DNA of 64,000 nucleotides from Spirochaetia bacterium. GTDB taxonomy: Bacteria > Spirochaetota > Spirochaetia > CAKZLE01. Location: NCBI GenBank assembly GCA_963677595.1, contig OY782041.1, forward strand, positions 768,001 through 832,000, given 5' to 3'. Shown here in pieces: positions 40,879 to 51,178 of the stretch (its first letter is position 1; the number at the start of each line of letters is the position of its first letter). The notes beneath the pieces were generated by a model. The model searched no databases and was not told the DNA's origin. It saw only the letters and a program-made list of their open reading frames with translations. Both the position numbers and the translations under genes were made by a program.

Positions 40879-41805
40879 ATGAACTATATTCTTATCCTGT
40901 TCGGCCTTGCAGCCCTCTACTACCTCGGTTCGGTCGTCATCGGCCTGGTCATGACGAGGAAGTTCATCTTCTCGAAGAACAAGTCCCCGGAATACACCTA
41001 TGCGAAGTGTAAGGAGTTCGGGGACTACACCGATGAGGAGTTCGCCTCCTACCGTCTCGAGGATTTCAGCCTCACCTCAGAATACGGCTATACACTCCGG
41101 GGAGTTTGCTCCCCCGGGAGTGACCCCACGAAGACGGTGGTCTTCGTCCACGGGCATACCTGGACCTGGCACGGCCAGGTGAAGTACTTCCCCCTCTACC
41201 GGGCACGGGGCTACAACATCGTGGCATACAACCACCGGAACCACGGGGACAGCGGAGGGGAGAACTGCACAGCAGGCTATTTCGAGAAATACGACCTGAA
41301 GAAGGTCACCGAATGGGCACGGGAGCGGTTCCCGGAAACGAGGATCCTCGGGCTCATGGGAGAGTCCCTCGGTGCTGCGACGACCTGCCAGGCCCTCCCG
41401 CTGGTAGAGGGCCTCTCCTTCGCCCACGTTGACTGCCCCTATGAGGATATGCTCGGCCTCTACGACTACCTCCTGTCCATCCGGCATATACCCCGGGCCA
41501 TGAGGAATCTTGCGGAGAGGTTCAGCATCTCCTATACGAAGAGGAAGGCAGGGTTCGACCCCCATGAGGTGTCTCCCGGCAGGTCAATCATGGAACGTGA
41601 TGTCCCCATGCTCTTCATCCACGGTGATGCTGATACCTATGTCCCGACGAGGATGTCAGTCTCGATGTATGAGCGGAGAAAGGAGTATGCAGATACCACC
41701 CTCGTCCTGATCCACGGGGCGAAACATGCCCAGTCCATCAGGGTCGATAGGGAGACCTATGTAGGTGCAGTGGAAACGTTCCTGGAGCGGGTGGAGCAGC
41801 GGTAA
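40879..41805 (+). CDS. Membrane-anchored alpha/beta hydrolase
   Basis: N-terminal TM, FVHGH, GESLG nucleophile, FIHGDAD, GAKHA. Confidence 0.9.
   Translation: MNYILILFGLAALYYLGSVVIGLVMTRKFIFSKNKSPEYTYAKCKEFGDYTDEEFASYRLEDFSLTSEYGYTLRGVCSPGSDPTKTVVFVHGHTWTWHGQVKYFPLYRARGYNIVAYNHRNHGDSGGENCTAGYFEKYDLKKVTEWARERFPETRILGLMGESLGAATTCQALPLVEGLSFAHVDCPYEDMLGLYDYLLSIRHIPRAMRNLAERFSISYTKRKAGFDPHEVSPGRSIMERDVPMLFIHGDADTYVPTRMSVSMYERRKEYADTTLVLIHGAKHAQSIRVDRETYVGAVETFLERVEQR
41755..41797. repeat. 43-bp direct repeat, left copy (att-like)
   Basis: ACCTATGTAGGTGCAGTGGAAACGTTCCTGGAGCGGGTGGAGC; one mismatch to 44317-44359. Confidence 0.9.
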
Positions 41806-41824
41806 TCATATATCTACCGCCAGG

Positions 41825-42451
41825 TCATTGATCTCCTTTTCCGGCGCTGTTCAAAAGAAGTAATTCTTTAATTACCTCATAAATCCAGACACGTACCCGT
41901 TGAACATCCCTTAGGATCCTCTCAGGTGAAGTACATTCCATATGCTTGGACATTACCTTGATGGTATCTGGAGTTATATGATCCTTTCCCAGTGCCTTTA
42001 TGGCCTGGACAAGCAATCGGCTCTCTCGGTAGGTAAAACCTGCTTCTTTCATAGCAGTATGCTTGAATTCCAGGATACGGGTGCCAATGGCATATCTGCG
42101 ACTTGGCCCGTCAGAAATATATCGGTACCTGGCAGGAACTTGTGTTGAAAGCCCCAGATAATTCAACGCAGTGATACCGGAAGGCTGAATGCGCCAGTTG
42201 AATTTCCGGGCATACGCATATGCGACCTGTTCCATATCAGGACTGAGGTCTTGTTGGAGCATCTCACTGTAGCGGGGATAATGATAGATCCCCTGGGAAA
42301 TCCGGTGAATAGTTCCTTTCTTTGACAGATCAGAAAGAGCTTTACGGATCTCCACATCAGAGAACGATGGGATAAAATCGATCTTCGAAAAGACCCAACC
42401 CCTACCTCGACTGTAAATTCTAGCAAGTATTTTATCTGAAATAGATTGCAT
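41825..42451 (-). CDS. DUF6088/AbiEi-like antitoxin (wHTH)
   Basis: IRKALSDLSKKGTIHRISQGIY, ALNYLGLSTQVP, YISDGPSR; AT-richer than the host. Confidence 0.82.
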   Translation of the reverse strand: MQSISDKILARIYSRGRGWVFSKIDFIPSFSDVEIRKALSDLSKKGTIHRISQGIYHYPRYSEMLQQDLSPDMEQVAYAYARKFNWRIQPSGITALNYLGLSTQVPARYRYISDGPSRRYAIGTRILEFKHTAMKEAGFTYRESRLLVQAIKALGKDHITPDTIKVMSKHMECTSPERILRDVQRVRVWIYEVIKELLLLNSAGKGDQ

Positions 42452-42464
42452 ATATATATTCTAC

Positions 42465-44256
42465 CTATAGTTCCCACTCCATTTTCGTACCACACAAGAT
42501 GGAGGCCCCCGATATGTGATGCTGGAACCCAATTTCGGTTCAGTATCCCTTATCTCCTTTTAAATGGCTTGTTCTCACTGAAATACCCACTATAAATCTG
42601 ATAAATCAGACACAATGCTGACCATCTTCTTGTCACAGGAGGAGGAATGTGGTACTATTGTGGTACGAATACAGAAGTACCACAAGGAGTATGCAGTGGC
42701 ACACTACATCAGATACCAGAACAAGGCAGATAAGACCTATGCGCAGATTATTGATGCGGTCAGGGTGGACGGCAAGAAGGAAAACCACTATATCGCCAGC
42801 CTCGGTACGGTAATCGATAAAGAGCAAGGGGTCTTCAGATCAAAAGAGCGAGGGATCTACACCTATACCCTGGAGGACGGATACGGTGAAGCTCCTCGAG
42901 AGATTGAGATGCTCCATGAAGGCATGAAGCGGGAGCGGCTTATCCTTGATTTCGGTGACAGTTATATGCTGGATCACTATCTGAGGAATTCCAGTCCGTT
43001 CTTTGATCTGTTCTCTGCTATCCTGCCACAACAGCGTGACAGTCTGTTTGCGCTTCTGTTCTTCAGGCTCCTCACTGATAAAAAGGCCTATATGTATGCA
43101 CAGTCCTGGCATGAAGGGAATTATGCAAGCATTCTCTATCCAAACGCACGACTCCAGAGTCAGCGGATCAGTGATTTCCTCACCGCACTTGGTGATGAAG
43201 AGGTGGGCCGGGGCTTTTTCTCTTCCTATCTGAACCAGCTGTATCCGGATCATACCGGCACGGGGATTCTCATTGACAGTACCGGGCTGCATAATGCGGT
43301 GGATATGCCGTTGACCGCACTGAGCAACCATAATGGAGACATCAACTTTGAGACACGGTTGATCTATGTGATTGACCGGTTCAACGGCATGCCGCTGTAC
43401 CTGCGCTATTGCCCCGGGAATGTAGTCGATGTAACCACATTGTGCACCACGGTAGAGGAGTTACGGCAGTTAGGAGTACGGACAGACTTTGCGATCGTAG
43501 ATGCCGGATACTATAGTGAAGATAACGTTGATGCGCTTTATGCAGCTGATATAGCTTTTGTCTCCCGAGTGGGCCCCAACAGGAAGCTGTGCAAGACGCT
43601 TATCGAAACGCATGCCCCAAGTATCCGACAGGCACAGTATATGGTGCCGTTTGGTAATCGAATCGTGTATATGAGGCGATTCTCCGTTGATTTGCATGGA
43701 CATCCCGGCTATGCCTATTTGGGCGTTGACATGGACAGTCGCAATTTGCAGGAGAAGAAGGTGTCCCTGCAGGCGCTCAATGACAGGCTCCCATTTGATG
43801 AGATAGACAAGAAGATGGGGAAGTTAGGCTCCTTTGTCCTCGTATCCTCTCAGAAGATGGAGTGCCAGGATATGCTGCCCCTGTATTATACGAGAACACA
43901 GGTGGAGCAGGTATTTGATATCGCCAAGAATAATGCTGATGTGGTTCCGCTCAGGATTCATGGAGAACAGACCCTTCGAGGTCATCTGCTGCTCACATTT
44001 CTCGCAACGGTACTGTTTCAGCAACTTCAGAAAGACCTGGTACTGCATACGCAGAAAAAGGACAAACTGAACCCTGAAGGCAGTTTCTTCGTACTGAGAA
44101 ACCAGAAGTGTAAAGTATATGATCGACTGGTGATTCCACAAGAACCGACAAAGAAGATGAATGACATCTATAGACTTCTAAAGGTTCCTACCCCAACTTC
44201 CATCCCCTATACGCGGTTGTAAGTCCTGTGGTACGAAAAGGGGGTGGGAACTATAG
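42465..44256 (+). mobile_element. IS element (IS1634/IS4-like DDE), 1792 bp
   Basis: 30-bp IRs 42465-42494 and 44227-44256 (2 mismatches); 6-bp TSD TTCTAC at 42459-42464 and 44257-44262. Confidence 0.92.
42696..44222 (+). CDS. DDE transposase
   Basis: LIDSTG, PGNVVDV, IVDAGYYS, YYTRTQVEQVF; GTG 42696 after AAGGAG. Confidence 0.9.
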   Translation: MAHYIRYQNKADKTYAQIIDAVRVDGKKENHYIASLGTVIDKEQGVFRSKERGIYTYTLEDGYGEAPREIEMLHEGMKRERLILDFGDSYMLDHYLRNSSPFFDLFSAILPQQRDSLFALLFFRLLTDKKAYMYAQSWHEGNYASILYPNARLQSQRISDFLTALGDEEVGRGFFSSYLNQLYPDHTGTGILIDSTGLHNAVDMPLTALSNHNGDINFETRLIYVIDRFNGMPLYLRYCPGNVVDVTTLCTTVEELRQLGVRTDFAIVDAGYYSEDNVDALYAADIAFVSRVGPNRKLCKTLIETHAPSIRQAQYMVPFGNRIVYMRRFSVDLHGHPGYAYLGVDMDSRNLQEKKVSLQALNDRLPFDEIDKKMGKLGSFVLVSSQKMECQDMLPLYYTRTQVEQVFDIAKNNADVVPLRIHGEQTLRGHLLLTFLATVLFQQLQKDLVLHTQKKDKLNPEGSFFVLRNQKCKVYDRLVIPQEPTKKMNDIYRLLKVPTPTSIPYTRL

Positions 44257-44316
44257 TTCTACTATTATTCTTCACAAAATAATAATATTTTTTATGAAGA
44301 AATCTAGAAGTGTATC

Positions 44317-44359
44317 ACCTATGTAGGTGCAGTGGAAACATTCCTGGAGCGGGTGGAGC
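44317..44359. repeat. 43-bp direct repeat, right copy
   Basis: Duplicates the hydrolase 3' end and abuts the TetR stop codon at 44360. Confidence 0.9.
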
Positions 44360-44941
44360 CTATGTCTTGAGCAGGCCGTGCATGATGATCTCCAGGGCCT
44401 GGTTGAACATCCTGATCCCGTCGACCTCATCACCCCCGATGAGCGTGGACTTCAGGAGCATGATGTAGATGGTATAGAAGAAATCTGCAGTGACCCTGGT
44501 GTCGAAATCCCGGAAGACCCCTTCGTTCTTCCCCTCATCGATGAGCTTCATGATGGTATCCCTTGACTGCAGGTTAATATCCCGGTACCGCTCATCACGC
44601 AGCACCTGGGTGAGGATGATCGGGTCCTTCAGGATGATCTGCTTAAGCTCCTCGTCCTCGTTGAGGTAATGGAATGCGTTCGTCGACATCTTCATGAACC
44701 GTTCCCGCAGGTCACCGATCCCGTCGAGGGAGTCCGTGACACGCTCATACCACTGGGCCATCGCCTCCATGACCACCTGGTCGTAGAGGTCCTTCTTGCT
44801 CTTCACATAGAAGTAGAGGTTGCTCTTCGTCATAGAGAGTTCGCTCGAGATATCCTCGACGGTGGTCTTCTTGTACCCATACTTGGCAAATACCGTCTTT
44901 GCTGTCCTGAGAATAAGAGCTTTCTTCTTTTTGGATTCCAT
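44360..44941 (-). CDS. TetR/AcrR family regulator
   Basis: FAKYGYKKTTVEDISSELSMTKSNLYFYVKSKKDL. Confidence 0.93.
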   Translation of the reverse strand: MESKKKKALILRTAKTVFAKYGYKKTTVEDISSELSMTKSNLYFYVKSKKDLYDQVVMEAMAQWYERVTDSLDGIGDLRERFMKMSTNAFHYLNEDEELKQIILKDPIILTQVLRDERYRDINLQSRDTIMKLIDEGKNEGVFRDFDTRVTADFFYTIYIMLLKSTLIGGDEVDGIRMFNQALEIIMHGLLKT

Positions 44942-45024
44942 ACGTACGCCACCCCTGAATTTTTAACCGGTAAGTTCAGTTATTTCTCTATTATACTAGG
45001 GATAAACCATAAGTCAATGTATTT

Positions 45025-46431
45025 TTAGCTAGTATGTCCAGATAATAGTGATTGTATCGTATGATATTGGGTAGATAATTCAGTATAGGCAGTATAGAGC
45101 TCCAACCTGCTCTCCAGGAGGGTGAGCCTGGCCAGGATCAGGTCGGTCTCCATCCCTATCCCGTTGGCATACTGCTGCTCCCTGAAGGAGATGGACTCCT
45201 CATTGACAGCGATCCGGTTCTTCGCATGCTCTATACGCTGCTGGGCATACTCGAGCTTCGATGCTGCCTGCCGGAAGGTGTAGAGGATCTCCCGCTCGGC
45301 ACTCACCCGGGAGTTCACCGCCTGTTCGACCGAGAGGGATGCCGCATCCCGCTCGATCAGCATCGTGCCGCCGTCCCAGATCGTGGTGCTGATCGCCACG
45401 GTCGCATTGAGCGAGGCATCATCCTGCCGGTACCAGTCTGTCTCGATGAAGGGAAACCGTGAACCTGCATAGCTCAGATCGAACCGCAGTGCCAGGTCAG
45501 GCTTCCAGTAGATCGTGTTCTTTCGGATCCGCTCTGCCGTCTCCTGCAGGCTGATGTAGGAATCGAGCAGCTCTATCCCCACCTGCTGTTCGAGGATAGC
45601 CTCAGGGGCCATTGCCTTCAAGGCTGCCGTATCATAGGCGAGCATCCCAGCGGTATCAGGCCGGTGGTCTGACATCTCAGGCGTGAAGTCCGGGATACCC
45701 AGCAGTCTCCCGATCTCGCTGCAGAGGGCATCGATCTCCACCGAGAGGCTGTCCCGGCCGAGCTCGACCTCATGGAGACGGATCTCCGCAGAGAGGACCT
45801 CATCTTTCAGGATGAAGCCGTAGGTGAAGTTCTGCTCTGAGATCTCGACCAGCCTGGCTACCTGCACAGCCTGCTGGTCGATGATCTCCTTGATCCGCTG
45901 CAGGTACCAGAGGCTGTCCAGCATCACCTCAAGCGTGGTCTTCAGGGTATTGTGTTCTGACTGGAGGGTGAGCTGCCCGATCTCGACCCCGTTCTCCGCC
46001 ATCCGGATCGAGTCGGAGATCTTCCCCCAGGTGAAGATCGGCTGGGTGATCGAGAGGTTGAACTGGTAGTAGGTGGGTTCCTGCCCCCCGTAGAGCTCTA
46101 TGGGACCTCCCGCCGACGAGGGTTCCATCCCTGCGGGCCAGTCGATACCGGCCAAAAGGTCATCGGGATAGACCACGATCGCCTCCATGGGACTGGTCAT
46201 GTAGGTCCCCGTGATATCGCCGGTGATCGACGGGAACCTGGCAGCCCGGGCACGGGCAAGGTCGAACGAGCGTTCCGAGATCGCGAGGCGATGCTCCTCA
46301 AGGCTGCTGTTCCCGCTCTCGAGCAGGTCGAGCATCTCATCGAGCGTATAGGCAGCGACCGATGACGTACCGGCAAGGAGCAGGCTCACCAGGAGGAGCA
46401 GGAGGCGGTCAGAGAATCTCGATCTCTGCAT
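45025..46431 (-). CDS. TolC family outer membrane channel
   Basis: Signal peptide, ARFPSI, LSITQPIFTWG, helical repeats; follows RND genes. Confidence 0.85.
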   Translation of the reverse strand: MQRSRFSDRLLLLLVSLLLAGTSSVAAYTLDEMLDLLESGNSSLEEHRLAISERSFDLARARAARFPSITGDITGTYMTSPMEAIVVYPDDLLAGIDWPAGMEPSSAGGPIELYGGQEPTYYQFNLSITQPIFTWGKISDSIRMAENGVEIGQLTLQSEHNTLKTTLEVMLDSLWYLQRIKEIIDQQAVQVARLVEISEQNFTYGFILKDEVLSAEIRLHEVELGRDSLSVEIDALCSEIGRLLGIPDFTPEMSDHRPDTAGMLAYDTAALKAMAPEAILEQQVGIELLDSYISLQETAERIRKNTIYWKPDLALRFDLSYAGSRFPFIETDWYRQDDASLNATVAISTTIWDGGTMLIERDAASLSVEQAVNSRVSAEREILYTFRQAASKLEYAQQRIEHAKNRIAVNEESISFREQQYANGIGMETDLILARLTLLESRLELYTAYTELSTQYHTIQSLLSGHTS

Positions 46432-48112
46432 AGTTTCCCCCGTCTATATCGGCATAAAGGACCATGGGTATCGCCTGGTCCCAGAGATCATCCCTGTCTG
46501 AGTCGATCATGAGATAGACCGAGAGGGCTGATCGCCTCCCGGTATAGGTCTCATCCGTCCAGGAGATCCCGGTGAAGGCGAAATAGCCATCGCCCTCAGT
46601 CCCCGGCCTGGTCGTGTCGAACATGTAGGCATCGTCGATGGAGTCGGCAGCAGGCTGGACATCGGTAAGGTAGAGCCCGGCGGCGACCCCGTTGTATCCC
46701 TCGTCATAGGTGTCGGTTCGGTCGAGCAGATCATTGTCTACCGAGGATGAACTCGGGTAGGAATCCGAGAAGAGGTACCCCGTGAACTGCTGGTCGTCAA
46801 ACCGAGTCTTCCGTCCTGTGAACTCATAGGTGACATCGACATCATCGGTGATCGTCTTCCCGTAGAAGCTCTCAGCATCATCCCCGTACGGGACCGGTTC
46901 CCATGCCGCGTCTGCCGCATCATATGCCTCTTCGAGGAGCATATTATCCTGTTCGATGACGATGCGGATCGGGGCTGTCCCCTTGTTGTCAGAGACCGAG
47001 GGCTTCCGGTCAAAGGAGATGCTCACGGAATACTCTCCTTCAGCATCGGTCGTCCCGCTGTAGGAGACTCCCGTCGGCCACACCACTGAAGCCGCATCGA
47101 TCGCACCGCCTGCGGTATACGACCACTCCTCGGCGAGGTAGATCCTCACATCGGCATCGACAACACCGCTGTTGGTACTGAGATCACTCAAGCTGACCGT
47201 CACCACCGTCTCATTCTGTTCCTGCGCCATGACGATGTCATTGACCGAGAACGGCACCCCGTCGGTAAGCTCCACCTGGCAGTAGGGATCATCCTCCCCG
47301 TCACCGTCGGCATCCCAGCCGCTGTCTATGATATCGCTGTCGGCATGGTGCTCGGTTACATAGCGGGAGTGGGTATAGACGATCCTGGCAATGGTGGTTC
47401 CCTCGTTCTGTGCATGGGACGGCTTCTGCGGATAGGTCACGGTCAGGTCATACTCCCCGTCATCCCCGGTCACTACCCTCCCCGTCGGGTCTTCCGGCCA
47501 GGTGACCGTACTCTCATCTATGCTGCCTCCCACATACTCCCAATCCTCTGCCACATAGACTGCGGCATTCACGTTGGCAAGGGGGGCCGCGGTATCGTCA
47601 TAGACGGTACCCATGACCCTGGTGGAATTGGTACGACGCTCCACCAGGATGTCGGGAACCGTATTGTCCGTATCGGAGAGGACGAAGATATGGTCGGGAT
47701 CCGTGTTCTTCTGCAGACCGTATCCCTCATGGTAGATGAGGAAGAAGACCTCCTCCCGGTCCGCGGTCTTCCCGAAATCGGGATTGAACGATTTCCAGGT
47801 GAAGCCGCTAAAGGTATAGGTCCCGTCGGTATCGGTGTACTCGATCATGAAGTAGGAAGGGGTACTCCGCTCCTCGGGAAGGGGCCCATCCTCATCGCCG
47901 CCTGCGAACCAGGCGGTATAGTCACTGTCCCTGGCATCCTCCGTGCTATAGAGGTAGATATGGGCACCGTCAAGCGCCCCATCGTCCCCTGCCTGCGCAT
48001 ACTCATCTGCGTCATAGACGCTCCCGCTTATATAGGCACTGAAGACCGAAGAACAACCGGTAAAGGCAAGTGCGGCCAGGATGGCCAGGATGATCAGACG
48101 TCCGTATCTCAT
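46409..48112 (-). CDS. Acidic multi-domain lipoprotein of unknown function
   Basis: Lipobox LAFTG-C; Asp/Glu-rich; internal repeats; overlaps both the RND and TolC genes. Confidence 0.8.
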   Translation of the reverse strand: MRYGRLIILAILAALAFTGCSSVFSAYISGSVYDADEYAQAGDDGALDGAHIYLYSTEDARDSDYTAWFAGGDEDGPLPEERSTPSYFMIEYTDTDGTYTFSGFTWKSFNPDFGKTADREEVFFLIYHEGYGLQKNTDPDHIFVLSDTDNTVPDILVERRTNSTRVMGTVYDDTAAPLANVNAAVYVAEDWEYVGGSIDESTVTWPEDPTGRVVTGDDGEYDLTVTYPQKPSHAQNEGTTIARIVYTHSRYVTEHHADSDIIDSGWDADGDGEDDPYCQVELTDGVPFSVNDIVMAQEQNETVVTVSLSDLSTNSGVVDADVRIYLAEEWSYTAGGAIDAASVVWPTGVSYSGTTDAEGEYSVSISFDRKPSVSDNKGTAPIRIVIEQDNMLLEEAYDAADAAWEPVPYGDDAESFYGKTITDDVDVTYEFTGRKTRFDDQQFTGYLFSDSYPSSSSVDNDLLDRTDTYDEGYNGVAAGLYLTDVQPAADSIDDAYMFDTTRPGTEGDGYFAFTGISWTDETYTGRRSALSVYLMIDSDRDDLWDQAIPMVLYADIDGGNYAEIEIL

Positions 48113-51100
48113 GCTTCTCTTCTCCTTTCGATGACGCCGTAGAGCGCCGGGATGATGATCAGGGTGATCATCGTCGAGGTCAGCAGCCCACCCGCGATCG
48201 CCTGCCCGAGCGGGGCGTAGATCTCTGAGCCCCCTCCGCTGCTCATTGCCATGGGCAGTACCCCGAACAGGGTTGTGAGGGTGGTCATCAGGACCGGGCG
48301 GAGCCGGGCTGCCGCCCCGTTCACGATCCGCTCATGCAGGTCCTCCTCTTCCCCCTGGTTCATCCGGTCGATCAGCACGATCGCATTGTTCACGACGATA
48401 CCGGCCAGGGCGATGATCCCGAGGAAGGCGATCAGCGAGAGATCGGACCCGAACAGCAGCAGGCCGATGATAACCCCGATGAAACAGAAGGGGATGCTCG
48501 CCAGGATGATGAGCGGCTGAACGAACCGTTCGAACTGGATGACCATCACCATATAGACGAGGAAGACCGCGATCAGCAGGACGAGGAGAAGCGTGGCGAG
48601 AGAGTCACTGAGCAGTGAGGAGCTCCCCGCGATCTCCCACGAGATCGAGGGATCGAGGATCCCGGTTGCGAAGGTCTCCTCTATGCGCGCCCTGATGTCT
48701 GTCGTGTCCTCGACGATCGAGTACCCGGTGATCACGATCGCCTTCGCCCGGTTCTTATGGTTGATTGTCGAGAGCGAGGTATCCAACCGAGTGTCTGAGA
48801 AGGAGCCGAAGGAGATCGGGTCGCCGCTGTATGAGGGTATCGAGACCTGTTCCAGGGTCGTCATGGTGATCGGCTCCGTAGCAAGGGACGATTTGAGCAT
48901 GATCGGGTATTCCCGGTCCCTGCTGTCCGTGAAGGTCCCCACCTCGATGCCGTTGAAGAGGATCCTGGAGGTGAAGGCAGCCTCCTGGGCAGAGATCCCG
49001 AGTCGCCCCATGTGGTCAAGGGCAAGGTCGGTGATCAGTGACTCCTGGTCCTTCTGGATGTTGATCACCGCCTTGTTTATCTGGGGATCGGCAATCAGCT
49101 CATCCCGGACTCTCTCAGCTGCAGCGGAGAGCTTATCCATGTCATTCCCGTAGAGCTCCACCTGGAACCCGCTTCCCCCGGAAGCAATGGAGAGCAGCTT
49201 GTCGAACCCGCCGTTCTCCACGACCGCATCGACATCGGGAACCGTCTCAGGGATCCTCTCCTGCAGGGTGCGTATGATCTCGAGGATGCCGCGATCCCGC
49301 TCTTCCGAATCGGTGAGGATCACCTTCGCATAGGCCTGGTTCGGGGTCGAGTGGGACCGGGAGAACTCACTACTGAAGCCCGTGAAGAAGGTCACGTACG
49401 CGATCTCAGGCACCTCCCGTTCGAGCAGGTCCTGGACCTGCTCTACCTTCGCATGGGTCTGCTCGAGCCCGTACCCCTGGGGGAACGTGAGGTAGATATA
49501 GAAGTCGCCCGTATCGGTCGAGGGGATGAACACCATCCCAAGGGAAGACATCGCGGCAACGCTGACGATGAGGATCACGACGGCTGTCAGGATGATGAAG
49601 AACTTGTGCCTGATCGCCCAGGAGATGAGGGACCGGTACCCTGCCTCCACTGCCTGCATGGGATTGAAGCGGCGTTTCGGCAGGGCTGAGGTATCAAGCA
49701 GCGGCTCGATATGGAGATGGGTCGCGAGGAAGGGGACGACGACCAGAGCCACGAGCAGGGATGCCCCCAAGGCGAAGATGATGGTCAGCGAGATATCGGT
49801 CAGCATGATCCCGATGATACCCGTCAGGGTGATCAGCGGGATGAATACCGCGATCGTGGTGGCCCCGGACGCGAAGACGGCAGCACCCACCTCATTCGAC
49901 CCCAGCTCCGCGGCATGGATGACCTCCATCCCAGCATGTTCATGCCGGAAGATGTTCTCCAGGATGACGATGGAGCTGTCTACCACCATCCCCAGGGCAA
50001 CGATCAGGCCGGAAAGGCTCAGGATGTTCATCGTCTGACCGGCGAACCGCATCCCTATGAAGGTGAAGACGATACTCAAGGGGATCGATATACCGATGAT
50101 GAGCGTAGCCCTGATGTTCCCGATGAACAGGAGGATCACCAGGACTGCCATCGCGGCGCCGATGATCCCGGAACGGACTGTCGTGCTGAGGGAGTCCTGG
50201 ATCATGGTGCTGTCATTCTGGATCTCCTTGAACTCGATGACCCCGCTGTACTGGCGTTCATAGAGTCTCAGGATCTCCCCTATCTCCCCGATGATATCGA
50301 TGGTGTTCCCGTCAGACCGCTTCGTCACGTCGACGACGATGGCTCTCTGCCCGTTCACCTCGATCATAAGCTCCTCGGGAGGATACTTCAGGTCGATCTC
50401 CGCGACATCGGAGAGATAGATATAGGCCCCGTTCTGGTAGCCGATGATCGTGTCACGAAGCTCCTCGAGCGTCGTGTAGGTCCCCTCCACATTCAGGAAG
50501 ATCCGAGAGTCTCGGTAGGTAGGAGTCCCGGCAGGCATCGATACGTTCGATGCCCCGAGCACCTGGTAGACCTCCATCACCGATATCCCGAGCTGCTTCA
50601 GGACATCGGTATCGAGGACGATGCTCACCTCCTGCTCCCGTCCCCCGTAGGCATTGACCTGGCCGGTCCCCGTGACCCTGCTGATCGAGGGGATGATCTC
50701 ATCGGACACCAGGCGGTAGAGCATGTCCGGGTCTCGGTCGCTGATGACGGCAAAGGAGTAGATACTGAGCATCCCCGAACCGCCGACGAAGGCATAGGGG
50801 GTTCCCGACACCCCGTCAGGGAGGCTGCCGCTGACCCGTTCCAGGTTCGCCCGTACATCAGGGAGGACCTCATAGGGGTCGACATCCCCGGCGAACTCGA
50901 GGGTCACCATGCTCACCGAGTTCTGGCTCTGTGAGGAGATGGTCTTGATACCCTGCAGGGTGGTCATGGAGTCCTCGATGATCCCGGTGACCCCTTCGAC
51001 CGTGCTGGCATCGACACCGGGGTACTGGGTCACGACCATGATCGTGGGGATGGAGACATCCGGGATGAACTCCTGGTTCAGGGAGGTGAGCGCGAGGATC

Positions 51101-51174
51101 CCGAAGACGAGCACGGCAAGGCCGACGATGACGATGATCGCGGGATGGTGGATGGCGAACGATGAGAGCTTCAT
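48109..51174 (-). CDS. RND efflux permease (AcrB/AcrD/AcrF family)
   Basis: 1021 aa; YPGVDA, GMVVDSSIVILENI, RLRPVLMTT. Confidence 0.95.
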   Translation of the reverse strand: MKLSSFAIHHPAIIVIVGLAVLVFGILALTSLNQEFIPDVSIPTIMVVTQYPGVDASTVEGVTGIIEDSMTTLQGIKTISSQSQNSVSMVTLEFAGDVDPYEVLPDVRANLERVSGSLPDGVSGTPYAFVGGSGMLSIYSFAVISDRDPDMLYRLVSDEIIPSISRVTGTGQVNAYGGREQEVSIVLDTDVLKQLGISVMEVYQVLGASNVSMPAGTPTYRDSRIFLNVEGTYTTLEELRDTIIGYQNGAYIYLSDVAEIDLKYPPEELMIEVNGQRAIVVDVTKRSDGNTIDIIGEIGEILRLYERQYSGVIEFKEIQNDSTMIQDSLSTTVRSGIIGAAMAVLVILLFIGNIRATLIIGISIPLSIVFTFIGMRFAGQTMNILSLSGLIVALGMVVDSSIVILENIFRHEHAGMEVIHAAELGSNEVGAAVFASGATTIAVFIPLITLTGIIGIMLTDISLTIIFALGASLLVALVVVPFLATHLHIEPLLDTSALPKRRFNPMQAVEAGYRSLISWAIRHKFFIILTAVVILIVSVAAMSSLGMVFIPSTDTGDFYIYLTFPQGYGLEQTHAKVEQVQDLLEREVPEIAYVTFFTGFSSEFSRSHSTPNQAYAKVILTDSEERDRGILEIIRTLQERIPETVPDVDAVVENGGFDKLLSIASGGSGFQVELYGNDMDKLSAAAERVRDELIADPQINKAVINIQKDQESLITDLALDHMGRLGISAQEAAFTSRILFNGIEVGTFTDSRDREYPIMLKSSLATEPITMTTLEQVSIPSYSGDPISFGSFSDTRLDTSLSTINHKNRAKAIVITGYSIVEDTTDIRARIEETFATGILDPSISWEIAGSSSLLSDSLATLLLVLLIAVFLVYMVMVIQFERFVQPLIILASIPFCFIGVIIGLLLFGSDLSLIAFLGIIALAGIVVNNAIVLIDRMNQGEEEDLHERIVNGAAARLRPVLMTTLTTLFGVLPMAMSSGGGSEIYAPLGQAIAGGLLTSTMITLIIIPALYGVIERRREA

Positions 51175-51178
51175 AGGG

